NCBI GenBank assembly: GCA_964645535.1 | Contig: CAZYCQ010000029.1 | Span: 1-41,417 of the forward strand | DNA length: 41,417 nt | Direction of reading: 5' to 3' | From: an uncultured archaeon | GTDB lineage: Archaea; Asgardarchaeota; Heimdallarchaeia; Heimdallarchaeales; Kariarchaeaceae | In this document: positions 8,450 through 18,432 of the stretch, piece after piece | Layout of the letters: each line of letters opens with the position of its first letter | Numbering within the stretch: position 1 is the stretch's first letter | The notes under the pieces: model-generated | Databases searched by the model: none | Seen by the model: only the letters and a program-made list of their open reading frames with translations | Told to the model about the DNA's origin: nothing | Position numbers and translations under genes: made by a program

Positions 8450-11227
8450 TTATTGCGTCTGTTGGCTTTCTTCCAATTCAAAATCTCTGATGATCTCTCC
8501 TCTCCGTATGATTTTTAATGGAGCTGCCACAATCTCTCCTTCAACATGGTTGAATTGCGTGAATGTCACCGCGATTTTGTCTCCTAATTCAACAATGATT
8601 TCGATAGGCTCCTCCTTATCATCTGAAGATGTCTTTAGAAGTTCCTTGTAGTTCTCCGGTGTGATTTCGGTGTTCATGTCAAATTTGGAGCGAGAACCAA
8701 CAAAACACATACTTTCAAAATCATCGACAAATGTGGGTCTATCCGTGAACCTTCGCAATGGAATCCGTGCTTCAATTCCATTCGGCAACAGGACATTGAC
8801 CCCTCCAGAGAAAATGGATGACACAATTCCCAGTCTGTTCTGTAGGCTTTCGTTTTTGGCGATGAAAGAGTACCCTGCCGCCACAATCTGCTTTTCAATT
8901 TTTGATGCCAGTACAGACTGTTCTGTCGAATGATCTGCCAAATTCTCGATTTCTTCGGCCATATATACGTAATCTGGTTTTTCCTCTTCCTTATGCCAGT
9001 TTCCATCGTTTCGACCTTCTGCAATCAATTGCTTGCAGATTCTATGGGCGATGATGTCCGGATATCTCCGTATGGGTGATGTGAAATGTACATACCTTAT
9101 GCTTCCCAAACCGAAATGACCGATATTGGCTGCCGAATAGAATGCTTGGGGGAAAACTCGAAGCACTAAAAGGTAGGACAGCCGTTGAATATCCTCCTCA
9201 TCAAGGTTTGCAATCTTGTCCAACACCTTGATAAATGGTTCGAGGACCTCCTGTTGCTTTTCAAAGGGAAGTTGGGCGAGCCCTTTTGCCAAGGGTGTCC
9301 CTAAATCCACTTCTTCTTCCTCATCCTCCTCTTCAATTGAACCTTTGATGATGTCCCCAAATGAAGCCCCTCCCCCGAAAGAAAAGGTAATCGGTCCCTT
9401 TGAACCTCCTCCCTGCTGTTTTAGCATCTCAAGCAGAGCTTCCCCGTCTTCCTCTTCCTCCTCTTCTTCCTCTTCGAACAGCTTTTCAGGAAAATCAATT
9501 TCAAGAGGGAGACCAATCACTTTCATCTGTCCATTGAATTTAACTGCATTTTCCTTTTCAGGAAGTGGATGGTCACGATAGATGGCAGGAACCTTTGCCC
9601 TATGAAAGATTTCTCCTATTGCTTCATTTGCAGAAACCATGAATGTTTCAATCATCTTGGTGGATGGAGATGATTCCTTGATTGATATCGACATTTTCTT
9701 GCCCAATGCCAACTTCACTTCAGGAGTTTCCAGATGGAGGCTTCTCCGGTGCTGGTCAATCAAGGTTGCCAACTTGTGGTAGGTGACAAACGGTTGTTCT
9801 CCTCTCTCTATCGCCTCATTGACATAATCATAAGAAAGATTTTTCTTCACCAAAATTACTGAATTGTGAACCTTTTCACTTCCTTCCACCTTCTTGCCGT
9901 TCTTATCGAAATGAATTTCCACAGACATCGCCAACCGAGGCACCTGTTCCCTAAGAGAACATAAATCATCAGAAAGCCTCTTTGGAAGCATTGGAAGAAC
10001 CGCAGTGGGCAGGTAAACGCTGGTTGCCCGTTTTTGGGCATGCAGATCCAACCTTGAATGCTTTTCCACATAATGTGCCACATCTGCAATGTGAACCCAC
10101 AGCTCGTATCCATCTTCCTTTTCAATTACAGAGACAGCATCATCAAAGTCTTTTGCCGTGGGTGGGTCAATGGTATATGCCTCCATCTGTTGCAGATCCA
10201 ACCGCCCTTCAAAGACTTCTGGCGTTTCTTTAGGTTCTTTGAACCGTTGGGCATACTCCTCTATCTCCTCCGGTGTTTCCCATTCAAAGTCAGGAGCTAG
10301 GTTGATCGCTCGTTTGGAAATCTTGAGAAGCGCATCATTCTCTCCCCAATATCCGGTTCGGATGAGGAATTTCACAAAGGAATCTGCTACTGTGGTTCTC
10401 CCTTCATCAATCCAATCTTCTGCGAGATAGGTGATAAATTTGTGAATTGAGAAATCCTCTATTTCGGTAACTCGTGTATTTCCTAATCCAATTGGAGGCC
10501 AAGTATCATATTCCACAAAATGATCCATCATCGACTGTATCTTCTTGACCAACTCTTCCTCTTCCTCAGTGAACCTTATTTTATGCCAAGGTAATGGTTT
10601 TCTGACGGTTATGGTTTCTCCATCTTCAGTTTCCTCTTCAACATAGTGGAACATCTTGTTTCTGATACGTCCCAGATCCCCAATCTCTCTATTGATTGCC
10701 TTCTTCTCCTCCTCGGTCAGAATCTTCCAGATCTGTCTTTTGGTGTCCACTAAATACAGATGACCAATCGCTGGTGAGGCAACGGGATTGAGAACTTCTT
10801 TTATCTTTTTCACCTTGTTTTTTGAGACCTCTTCCTTACCATACCATACCTTCGCGATTTCCTCAATTGTGAATTCGGTCTTACCTTCCTTAATCAGAAG
10901 TTGCCAAAGCCTCTTCTCGGTCAGTTGCCCTCCCGTTGCGGATCCGGATTCTCCCCTTTCTTTTGCAATCTCCTTGATCCATTGATTGAGCCTTTGTCTC
11001 ATTTCTTTTTCAGGTGGAAGCTGACCGTTCTTCAATTGTACAGATCTTCCAAAAGTAGATTTGTAGACATTGCTCTGCTTGAGCTCTTGCATTCCTCTAA
11101 GGGTATAAAGTGTAATGATGACTCCTTTCTTCCTTTTACTGCTTCTGACAAAAATCCCAAAATTATTCGGTGCTTGGATACCAAATAATCCCGGTTTGAA
11201 TTCTACTAACTCTCCCTTTGATGGCAT
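8450..11227 (-). CDS. RNase II/RNase R family (RNB domain) exoribonuclease
   Basis: TIDPPTAKDFDDA catalytic motif, VHIADV, RATSVYLP, HFGLG and HFTSPIRRYPD. Confidence 0.93.
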   Translation of the reverse strand: MPSKGELVEFKPGLFGIQAPNNFGIFVRSSKRKKGVIITLYTLRGMQELKQSNVYKSTFGRSVQLKNGQLPPEKEMRQRLNQWIKEIAKERGESGSATGGQLTEKRLWQLLIKEGKTEFTIEEIAKVWYGKEEVSKNKVKKIKEVLNPVASPAIGHLYLVDTKRQIWKILTEEEKKAINREIGDLGRIRNKMFHYVEEETEDGETITVRKPLPWHKIRFTEEEEELVKKIQSMMDHFVEYDTWPPIGLGNTRVTEIEDFSIHKFITYLAEDWIDEGRTTVADSFVKFLIRTGYWGENDALLKISKRAINLAPDFEWETPEEIEEYAQRFKEPKETPEVFEGRLDLQQMEAYTIDPPTAKDFDDAVSVIEKEDGYELWVHIADVAHYVEKHSRLDLHAQKRATSVYLPTAVLPMLPKRLSDDLCSLREQVPRLAMSVEIHFDKNGKKVEGSEKVHNSVILVKKNLSYDYVNEAIERGEQPFVTYHKLATLIDQHRRSLHLETPEVKLALGKKMSISIKESSPSTKMIETFMVSANEAIGEIFHRAKVPAIYRDHPLPEKENAVKFNGQMKVIGLPLEIDFPEKLFEEEEEEEEEDGEALLEMLKQQGGGSKGPITFSFGGGASFGDIIKGSIEEEDEEEEVDLGTPLAKGLAQLPFEKQQEVLEPFIKVLDKIANLDEEDIQRLSYLLVLRVFPQAFYSAANIGHFGLGSIRYVHFTSPIRRYPDIIAHRICKQLIAEGRNDGNWHKEEEKPDYVYMAEEIENLADHSTEQSVLASKIEKQIVAAGYSFIAKNESLQNRLGIVSSIFSGGVNVLLPNGIEARIPLRRFTDRPTFVDDFESMCFVGSRSKFDMNTEITPENYKELLKTSSDDKEEPIEIIVELGDKIAVTFTQFNHVEGEIVAAPLKIIRRGEIIRDFELEESQQTQ

Positions 11228-11343
11228 TCTCAAACTTAATGCTTTCTTGCAACTTATAACTTCTGCGTCAAAACCCGTGGTTTCTTCCCGTACATTTCCT
11301 CAATTTATTAATGCTTCCGAATAATAGTATAGATGTGTACCTG

Positions 11344-12177
11344 ATGGTTCCCAAATCCTTCATAGGGCTCTTCCTCATTTCCATGATCATGCTGACAACC
11401 AGCATCGTGGTAACGGTGGAAAACGATGAGGTTCTCCTGCTTGCCACAACCACGTCGGTTGATAATTCAGGTCTCTTACAGATGTTGATTGATCATTACC
11501 TTGAATCCCGTCCTCATCTGAAAATCTATGTCGCAGCTAAAGGAACAGGTGCGGCTTTGCAGATTGCAAAGGATGGAAATGCTGATGCTGTTCTTGTCCA
11601 CGCAGAAAAAAAGGAATTGGAATTCATGAATGAAGGTTTTGGGATAAACAGAACAACCCTGTGGTACAATTATTTTGTTATGGTTGGTCCAAAGGAAGAC
11701 CCCGCAGGAATTGCCAATTCCTCAAGTATTGGCGAAGCCCTTCAAAGAATCGCGGCAACTTCCTCAATATTCATCTCTAGAGGTGACGAATCGGGCACAC
11801 ATTTCAGAGAGAGGGAGCTTTGGGCAAAGCTTGGTATTGATCCAACTGGAAAAGCTTGGTATTTGGAAACAGGAACGGGTATGGCTCGAACACTTGTGAC
11901 TACTGCGGAATTGGGAGGATACACCCTTTCGGATCTAGGGACATTCCTTCAACTCAAAACCAACGCCAACTTGAATTTGGAAATCGTCTTTGAGGCAGAG
12001 GTTCCCGAACTTTACAACCCCTATTCCTTTATCGTAGTCAATCCTGCTGTTCATCCCCATAGAAACACTGATCGAGCATTGGATTTTCTGAAGTTCCTGA
12101 TCAACTCATCGGAATTGGTGCAGAATTATACCGCTAATGGGGTTGTTCTTTTCCATCCGTTGAAAGGAGGTGCCTGA
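11344..12177 (+). CDS. tupA: Tungstate ABC transporter substrate-binding protein
   Basis: ATTTS signature, GTGAAL, ISRGDESGTH and N-terminal signal anchor. Alternative start at 11311. Confidence 0.92.
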   Translation: MVPKSFIGLFLISMIMLTTSIVVTVENDEVLLLATTTSVDNSGLLQMLIDHYLESRPHLKIYVAAKGTGAALQIAKDGNADAVLVHAEKKELEFMNEGFGINRTTLWYNYFVMVGPKEDPAGIANSSSIGEALQRIAATSSIFISRGDESGTHFRERELWAKLGIDPTGKAWYLETGTGMARTLVTTAELGGYTLSDLGTFLQLKTNANLNLEIVFEAEVPELYNPYSFIVVNPAVHPHRNTDRALDFLKFLINSSELVQNYTANGVVLFHPLKGGA

Positions 12178-12867
12178 ATGGTACTTTCGGATTTTTTAAA
12201 TGGATTGCAGCGCATTTTCACGGGTGACCCTGAAATTTGGGGAATTGCCCTGCTAAGCATAATTGTCTCAGGAACTGCTGTTTCATTGGCGTCACTCATT
12301 GGCATCCCACTCGGAATTTGGATGGGTCGATCCCGAAGAATGAACGGAATCATCCCGACAACTGTGCTGAATACCTTGATGGGGCTACCTCCTGTGCTTA
12401 TCGGATTGGTTGTGTTTTTGATTCTCGCTTCTGAAGGACCGTTGGGAAGCTTACAATTGATCTTCACTCCAATGGCAATGGTCATCGCCCAATTCGTTTT
12501 GACTTTGCCCATCGTGGTAGGACTTACCAAATCAGCCATCGCGAATCTTCCTGAAGAGCTTCCCGCGCTTCTAAAAACCCTAGGTGCAAGCCAAGTGCAA
12601 TTACGCGCAGAAATATGGAAAGAGGCACGTGCTGGCATTATCATCGGGGTAATCACCGCTTTGGGAAGAGCCTTCTCTGAAGTAGGCGCTGTGTTGATTG
12701 TTGGTGGAAATCTCAAAGGATATACTAGAATACTGACCACCGCAATCGTTACAGAAACCTCCAAAGGAAACTATGGTGTCTCCTTGGCATTGGGAACCCT
12801 TCTTTTCTCGATCAGCTTAATCCTGACTGGTACCGTCACATTTTTGCAGATTAGATTGACGAAATGA
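12178..12867 (+). CDS. tupB: Tungstate ABC transporter permease
   Basis: GLPPVLIGL, GRAFSEVGAVLIVGGN and TRILTTAI. Confidence 0.92.
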   Translation: MVLSDFLNGLQRIFTGDPEIWGIALLSIIVSGTAVSLASLIGIPLGIWMGRSRRMNGIIPTTVLNTLMGLPPVLIGLVVFLILASEGPLGSLQLIFTPMAMVIAQFVLTLPIVVGLTKSAIANLPEELPALLKTLGASQVQLRAEIWKEARAGIIIGVITALGRAFSEVGAVLIVGGNLKGYTRILTTAIVTETSKGNYGVSLALGTLLFSISLILTGTVTFLQIRLTK

Positions 12868-12910
12868 GTAGGAATCCTTTATTAGGAAAATACTGTATAG
12901 GGTATGGAAT

Positions 12911-13144
12911 ATGGTAAAAGCTTATATCTTCATCAAATGCATGGCGGGTGACTTTGAACCTGTCAAGAAGCAAATACAGGCCATCCCTGAAATCACTTCC
13001 TGTACTAGGCTGATGGAGGCTTTTGACTTTGTCTGTACAATTGAGGTACAAAACAGCAAGATGCTCCGGCCAATAGTTACATCAAAGATCAGAACAATTC
13101 CTGAAGTTATCGAAACCATGACCATAATCTGCGTTTCACCATGA
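12911..13144 (+). CDS. Stand-alone Lrp/AsnC ligand-binding (RAM) domain protein
   Basis: MVKAYIFI...FD...IRTIPEVIETMT, 77 aa, no HTH. Confidence 0.8.
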   Translation: MVKAYIFIKCMAGDFEPVKKQIQAIPEITSCTRLMEAFDFVCTIEVQNSKMLRPIVTSKIRTIPEVIETMTIICVSP

Positions 13145-13212
13145 CCTCTTTTTCTTGTGGTGATCTATAGCCATACATTAATAGTTGGCCTAGCCTTATT
13201 CATATAAGGAAG

Positions 13213-13989
13213 ATGGTCGTTTTGGAAAAAATCACTCTCCGCAAAATTTTTCTTGAAATTGACGGATTGACCCTCCTCAAAAACATCTCATTTTCTGTCA
13301 AAAGTGGAGAGATCCTTGTCACCTACGGCCCCAACGGTTCTGGCAAATCTTTGATCAATCGTGTGTTGGGACTCCTCTTCAGGCCACAGCAGGGAAGCAT
13401 ATTCTGGAATGAAGAGGAAATCTTCCGTGATTCTGAATTCCTCAAACCACCCGAAAATTACCGGAGGAGAATAGGATTTGTCTGGCAGAAACCCGTGTTT
13501 CTTACAGGTAATGTGGCAAGAAATGTCGAAATGCCACTAACGATGCAGGGAGTACCAAAAGAGGAACGAAAACATAAAATTGATCAATTGGCTACTGAAT
13601 TCGGACTGAAAGATCTACTGTATCAAAATCCAAGGAAGTTGTCTGGGGGAGAGATGCAGAAGGTTTCTTTTCTGAGGGCAGTCATCCATGACCCTGATTT
13701 CTTGATTTTGGATGAGCCTACAGCGTCCTTGGATCCGACCTCGATTCTTTGGTTCGAAGAAAAGATACTTGAAAAGAAAGCAGAGGGAATACCTATTGTC
13801 TTCACCACTCATGATCTACTGCAAGCTAAAAGAATTGGTGATAAAATCGGCATCATCATAGATTCCAGATTAGTTGAATATGGAGATATCAAATCAGTAC
13901 TTGATCACCCTAAGAATGATCTTGCAAGGGCCTATCTGCATGGCGACCTCAAGCAGGTGGTTTCCTCTGAAATATCCGACAGTAAATAG
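13213..13989 (+). CDS. tupC: ABC transporter ATP-binding subunit (tungstate)
   Basis: GPNGSGKS, LSGGE and ILDEPT motifs, in tupAB context. Confidence 0.85.
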   Translation: MVVLEKITLRKIFLEIDGLTLLKNISFSVKSGEILVTYGPNGSGKSLINRVLGLLFRPQQGSIFWNEEEIFRDSEFLKPPENYRRRIGFVWQKPVFLTGNVARNVEMPLTMQGVPKEERKHKIDQLATEFGLKDLLYQNPRKLSGGEMQKVSFLRAVIHDPDFLILDEPTASLDPTSILWFEEKILEKKAEGIPIVFTTHDLLQAKRIGDKIGIIIDSRLVEYGDIKSVLDHPKNDLARAYLHGDLKQVVSSEISDSK

Positions 13990-14019
13990 ATTTATTATGG
14001 CATCATCTGCAAATGATCT

Positions 14020-14457
14020 ATGAAAAGGAGGATACCTCTTGCCAATGAGAGCAGGTATCTCTTCAAGATGCAGTTAGGTTATTTAGAGCAACCGATTTCA
14101 AGGGCTGAAGTTGCAATTGCCTTCATCAGTTGGTACATTTCATCTTATGTGATACTTACATTTCCTGAATCCTTCTATCGTTATGGTTATATCGTTTTTT
14201 CAGTTGCTTTTTTATTCGTGATGATGCAATGGAGATATTTCTTTTCCCTTTTAATTTATCTCTCTTTGTATGTCCCTCTCTATCCCTATATCGGCTCTGT
14301 CTTCTTTCTCCTACCCCTACTAATCATCCCTACTTTGGCAAATATGGAGAATTATATGATCCGCCTTGCAAAATGGATGGATGAAAGAAAGAAGATCTCA
14401 CAGTCCTCTGATTTTATTGATGAGGAGTTCTTCAAACCATATCTAATGGAAAACTGA
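14020..14457 (+). CDS. Hypothetical membrane protein
   Basis: 145-aa ORF with several hydrophobic segments. Confidence 0.6.
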   Translation: MKRRIPLANESRYLFKMQLGYLEQPISRAEVAIAFISWYISSYVILTFPESFYRYGYIVFSVAFLFVMMQWRYFFSLLIYLSLYVPLYPYIGSVFFLLPLLIIPTLANMENYMIRLAKWMDERKKISQSSDFIDEEFFKPYLMEN

Positions 14458-14511
14458 CACCAATCCTCATTTAGGTCGCAATCTTTTTTTTTCCAACATC
14501 CCCTGTTCATT

Positions 14512-15027
14512 ATGGACTCTGATCGGGAATCATTTATTCTTCGCCCAAACTCTTTAATAACTGATTTAGGTCCTATCATTTTCCTCCTCCTAGGTGGATT
14601 CATGTTCTGGGTTCTCGGGATCAAAGAGAGCGCTGATGCCCCTCCTCCATTGATTAAATGGACAATTGTTGCAACCTTTCTTGTTATTTCCATTGCATTG
14701 GCCATATGGTCTTTTTTGATTGGAAGGAGCTGGGTGAAACTTTCAGGATATCAATTGTCTGGGAAAATTGGATTGTCGAAAAAGGAAATTTTATTGAGCC
14801 AAATCCAAAAAATCATCTTTTATCCCCATGTTAATTTTACTGGAACAGATTTGCTAAGTCTCGTAATAACCATGATTGCCGAAGAAAGTTCCCCTGAAGG
14901 GAAGGTGGAAATTATCACAGATGAAGGAAAATGGAAACTGTTTCGTATTTCTTCCAAAAAATTCCTTGAATTTATGGATGAACTCGAAAATTCGATTGGA
15001 AAACCCATAAAAATTGAAAAAACCTAA
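14512..15027 (+). CDS. Hypothetical membrane protein (two TMs plus possible PH-like domain)
   Basis: Two N-terminal TM segments followed by a beta-rich region. Confidence 0.6.
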   Translation: MDSDRESFILRPNSLITDLGPIIFLLLGGFMFWVLGIKESADAPPPLIKWTIVATFLVISIALAIWSFLIGRSWVKLSGYQLSGKIGLSKKEILLSQIQKIIFYPHVNFTGTDLLSLVITMIAEESSPEGKVEIITDEGKWKLFRISSKKFLEFMDELENSIGKPIKIEKT

Positions 15028-15160
15028 AAAGGTCGAAATAAAAAAATTGAATATTATTTGACATAGTTCTAAAAATTCAATATTTCGAAGAACATAAGAA
15101 GCTAGTCAAAGAGGAGGCTTCTTAAATCTAGAGTGAATGATGGAATATTTACGAGGGAAC

Positions 15161-16069
15161 ATGATGGAACCTACATCTTCTTCTGATATGGCCGCATATG
15201 CCGGACTTGTGTCTGTTGCAATGATTTGGGGATTGAGCTGGCCCGCCGGTCGATTCATTGCCATTGAATTCGGTAGCAAGGTAATTACTGCTGCCTTCCT
15301 TAGATTTTCGTTTGCTGTTCCGTTTCTATTTCTTTTCGCTTGGCTTATCACAGGATCGTTACGTGTGGAAAGAAAGCTCCATCTTTACCTTTTTATTTTC
15401 GGAATCTTGCAAATTGCCCTCTACAACTTTTTCTATCTTTCTGGTTTGCGGTTTACAAGTGCTTCAGACGCTTCCCTAATGATTGCAATCAATCCTCTCC
15501 TCACAGCAATTATTGCATCCATCCTTTATGTTGATGAAAGACTCAACTTACGGAAAATTGTGGGGTTTGTAATTGCCTTTATTGGTGAATTTCTTATCTT
15601 TCAATTTTCTCCTAACTATGAAGTAGAGAACCGAATTTTGGGAAACGTTATTATTTTCTTGGCTGCCTTGGTTTGGGCAACCTATTCTGCCTTTTCACGT
15701 CCAATATACCAAAAAGTCCCTCCATTAAGGTTTCAAGCATGGGTCACTTTATATGGTTGGATGGTTCTTGGTATATTTGCTCTGATGGAAGATCCTTGGG
15801 ATATCACTCCATCAACTACTTCTTGGGGTATTCTTCTTTATCTTGGTATTCTTTCAGCGGCAGTGGCCAATACCATTTTTTCGATAGGAATTAAACGAAT
15901 TGGACCTTCTCGAACCTCAATTTTTGTGAATATGGTTCCCCTGTTCGGAATCATCGCTTCTGTCCTTATTTTGGGCGAAAATTTTTCTTTCTGGTACCTC
16001 ATTTCTTTTGCTCTCATAGTCATGGGAATAACATTAGTCACGAAAAAGGAAAAGTCAACCGCGACATGA
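15161..16069 (+). CDS. EamA/DMT family transporter
   Basis: IWGLSW, GLRFTSAS and GIKRIGPSRTS. About 10 TMs in two repeats. Confidence 0.9.
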   Translation: MMEPTSSSDMAAYAGLVSVAMIWGLSWPAGRFIAIEFGSKVITAAFLRFSFAVPFLFLFAWLITGSLRVERKLHLYLFIFGILQIALYNFFYLSGLRFTSASDASLMIAINPLLTAIIASILYVDERLNLRKIVGFVIAFIGEFLIFQFSPNYEVENRILGNVIIFLAALVWATYSAFSRPIYQKVPPLRFQAWVTLYGWMVLGIFALMEDPWDITPSTTSWGILLYLGILSAAVANTIFSIGIKRIGPSRTSIFVNMVPLFGIIASVLILGENFSFWYLISFALIVMGITLVTKKEKSTAT

Positions 16070-16147
16070 TGCTTCAGGCACTGCTCACCTGTGGTGCAAC
16101 CTTTAGTTAATTTAAAATAAAGCAAGATTGTAGTCAATCTTGTACAG

Positions 16148-16561
16148 ATGAGCAAGCGTATTACTACTTACAGAGGAAAAACTCTCAAAGAGCTCCAACA
16201 GATGAGCTTGGACGAAGTAGTCGAACTGCTTCCCGCCAGACAGAGAAGAAGCTTGACAAGGCCTCAATACTGGAACCATGAACGCAAGAAACTCCTGAAG
16301 GATCTGAGGGAAGCCAAGAAGGCTATGGAAAAGGGACAGAAGGTTGTTGTGAAAACCCATCTCCGTGATTTCATTATTCTACCTGAATTCGTGGGATTGA
16401 CTGTCGAAATTCACAATGGCAAGGAATTCGTCCCTGTTGAACTTACATTGGATAAGGTCGGAGATTACTTCGCAGAATATGCCCATTCACGTAAAGTGGT
16501 CAAGCACTCCGCCCCCGGTATCGGTGCAACCCGATCCTCAATGTTTGTTCCCCTCAAATAA
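16148..16561 (+). CDS. rps19p: 30S ribosomal protein S19 (uS19)
   Basis: YRGKTL..L, KTHLRDFIILPE and PGIGATRSSMFVPLK. Confidence 0.97.
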   Translation: MSKRITTYRGKTLKELQQMSLDEVVELLPARQRRSLTRPQYWNHERKKLLKDLREAKKAMEKGQKVVVKTHLRDFIILPEFVGLTVEIHNGKEFVPVELTLDKVGDYFAEYAHSRKVVKHSAPGIGATRSSMFVPLK

Positions 16562-16575
16562 ATGGGTGAGATATT

Positions 16576-17040
16576 ATGGCAAGAAGATTTGGTTATTCTG
16601 TTATCGGTCTGGATCCTGACAAGACCGCAATTGCATCTGGAAGGGAATTAGATATTTCCCATAAACATGCCCGCGAAATCTGCAACACCATTAAAGGAAT
16701 GTTCCTTGATGAAGCAAAGGAATACCTCGAAAAGGTTATTCGGCTCGAAAGATCCGTCCCGTTCAAACGTCACCATAAAAAGGTGGGTCACCGGTCAGAT
16801 CTTGTTGGTTGGCACACCGGTCGATATCCGGTCAAGGCAGCTACCAAAATTCTCGAAATTCTTGATAATGTCGAGAAGAATGCCGAGTACAAGGGACTTG
16901 AAATAGACCGGCTTCAAATCATCCACGCTGCAAGCCAAAAAGGAAGGCAACTCAAGAGGGTCTTTTATAGGGCTTTTCGATCCTCATCACCAAAGAACAA
17001 TGTCCTTACACATGTAGAAATCGCTGTTGAAGAAAGGTAA
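16576..17040 (+). CDS. rpl22p: 50S ribosomal protein L22 (uL22)
   Basis: ISHKHAREIC, VPFKRH, GRYPVKAA and NAEYKGL. Confidence 0.97.
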   Translation: MARRFGYSVIGLDPDKTAIASGRELDISHKHAREICNTIKGMFLDEAKEYLEKVIRLERSVPFKRHHKKVGHRSDLVGWHTGRYPVKAATKILEILDNVEKNAEYKGLEIDRLQIIHAASQKGRQLKRVFYRAFRSSSPKNNVLTHVEIAVEER

Positions 17041-17044
17041 ACAA

Positions 17045-18019
17045 ATGAATGATATTGGCTTCTTCTCCGAACTCATCTGGCTGAACGAACATGCCTTCGA
17101 AGAGAACAGGGAAGAATCTGTCGGCCATTTCCCGAAAGAAAGACCTACAAAGGATCTTTTGAATGCCGGACTTATCAATTTAGATAAACCAGCTGGTCCA
17201 ACCTCTCATGAAGTGGTGGCAACAGTCAAACGTATCTTGGGCATAAGCAAGGCAGGGCATTCCGGAACCTTGGATCCAAATGTAAGTGGAATCCTCCCTA
17301 TAGGTTTGATGAAGGCTACAAAACTACTCCATACCTTTCATATGATCCCTAAAGTCTATGTATGCAACATGGAGGTTCATGACCGAAGCAAGGAGATACC
17401 TTGGGAGGATTATCTCGAAGAATTTACTGGTCAGATCTATCAATTCCCTCCCCTTGAATCCAACGTCAAACGACGTCTCCGAAAACGAACTATTTTCAAA
17501 ATGGAATTACTTGAAACTACTGCTTCCGAAGTTCTCTTCACTGTTGAATGTGAAGCGGGTACCTATATCCGAACCCTTTGCGAGGATCTGGGAAGAGCTG
17601 CTGGAGTGGGTGCCCATATGAAGGAACTGAGGAGAATCCGAACTGGTTCCTTTACGGAAGAAACTAGGAAAACATTACACAATCTGTTCGATGCATATAT
17701 GGATTACAAGGAAGAAGGGGATGATCATGCCTTGAGAGATGTGATTCTTCCTGTCGAAATCGGAACCTCCCATCTTCCTGAACTCATTGTCCGGAATTCT
17801 GCCGTCTGGAACGTCTGTCATGGTGTCAAGCTTGGAGCAACCGGCATCTTGGGCTATTCCGCAGGCATTTCCAAAGGAACTCTCGTTGCTGCCAAAACCG
17901 CCAAGGGAGAATTGATCGGTTTGGGAACACTCTTGGTTGATCCCAATCAAATGGAAGGAAACAAGGAAGTCTTCAAAATTGACTCCGTGATTATCGATCA
18001 AGACCTTTACCCAAAATAG
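17045..18019 (+). CDS. cbf5: H/ACA RNA-guided pseudouridine synthase Cbf5
   Basis: LDKPAGPTSHEV, GHSGTLDP, CEAGTYIR and C-terminal PUA domain. Confidence 0.95.
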   Translation: MNDIGFFSELIWLNEHAFEENREESVGHFPKERPTKDLLNAGLINLDKPAGPTSHEVVATVKRILGISKAGHSGTLDPNVSGILPIGLMKATKLLHTFHMIPKVYVCNMEVHDRSKEIPWEDYLEEFTGQIYQFPPLESNVKRRLRKRTIFKMELLETTASEVLFTVECEAGTYIRTLCEDLGRAAGVGAHMKELRRIRTGSFTEETRKTLHNLFDAYMDYKEEGDDHALRDVILPVEIGTSHLPELIVRNSAVWNVCHGVKLGATGILGYSAGISKGTLVAAKTAKGELIGLGTLLVDPNQMEGNKEVFKIDSVIIDQDLYPK

Positions 18020-18098
18020 GCGAAAGTTTCTTCATCTTTTTAAAGGAAAATGCGAAAGGTAGCATATCATCGCCTGCACTTGTGCAGGGGCGAGAAGG

Positions 18099-18371
18099 AT
18101 GGTAATAACTATGGCAGTAAGCGTAGGAAGAGTAGTAAGAAAAGTTGCTGGCAGGGAAGCTGGTAAACCCGCCGTAATTATCAAATTCATTGACAAGAAC
18201 TTTGCTTTGATCACAGGTGCTGGTCTCTCCAAAGTAAAAAGAAGGAGAGCCAACATCAACCATATCGAACCGACTCCTGTCAAAATCGATATCAAGCCTG
18301 AAGCTTCAGATGATGAGGTTGCCAAGGCAATCAAAGCCAACCCTGAAGCGGCAAAAATCTTTGAAGTATAA
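18099..18371 (+). CDS. rpl14e: 50S ribosomal protein L14e
   Basis: VGRVVRKVAGREAGK and VKRRRANINHIEPT. Alternative start at 18111. Confidence 0.95.
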   Translation: MVITMAVSVGRVVRKVAGREAGKPAVIIKFIDKNFALITGAGLSKVKRRRANINHIEPTPVKIDIKPEASDDEVAKAIKANPEAAKIFEV

Positions 18372-18432
18372 TTTAATTTCACGCACATCAGAAGTAAGTC
18401 ATATATTCTTGATTTCCACCTAATCATTTGAA

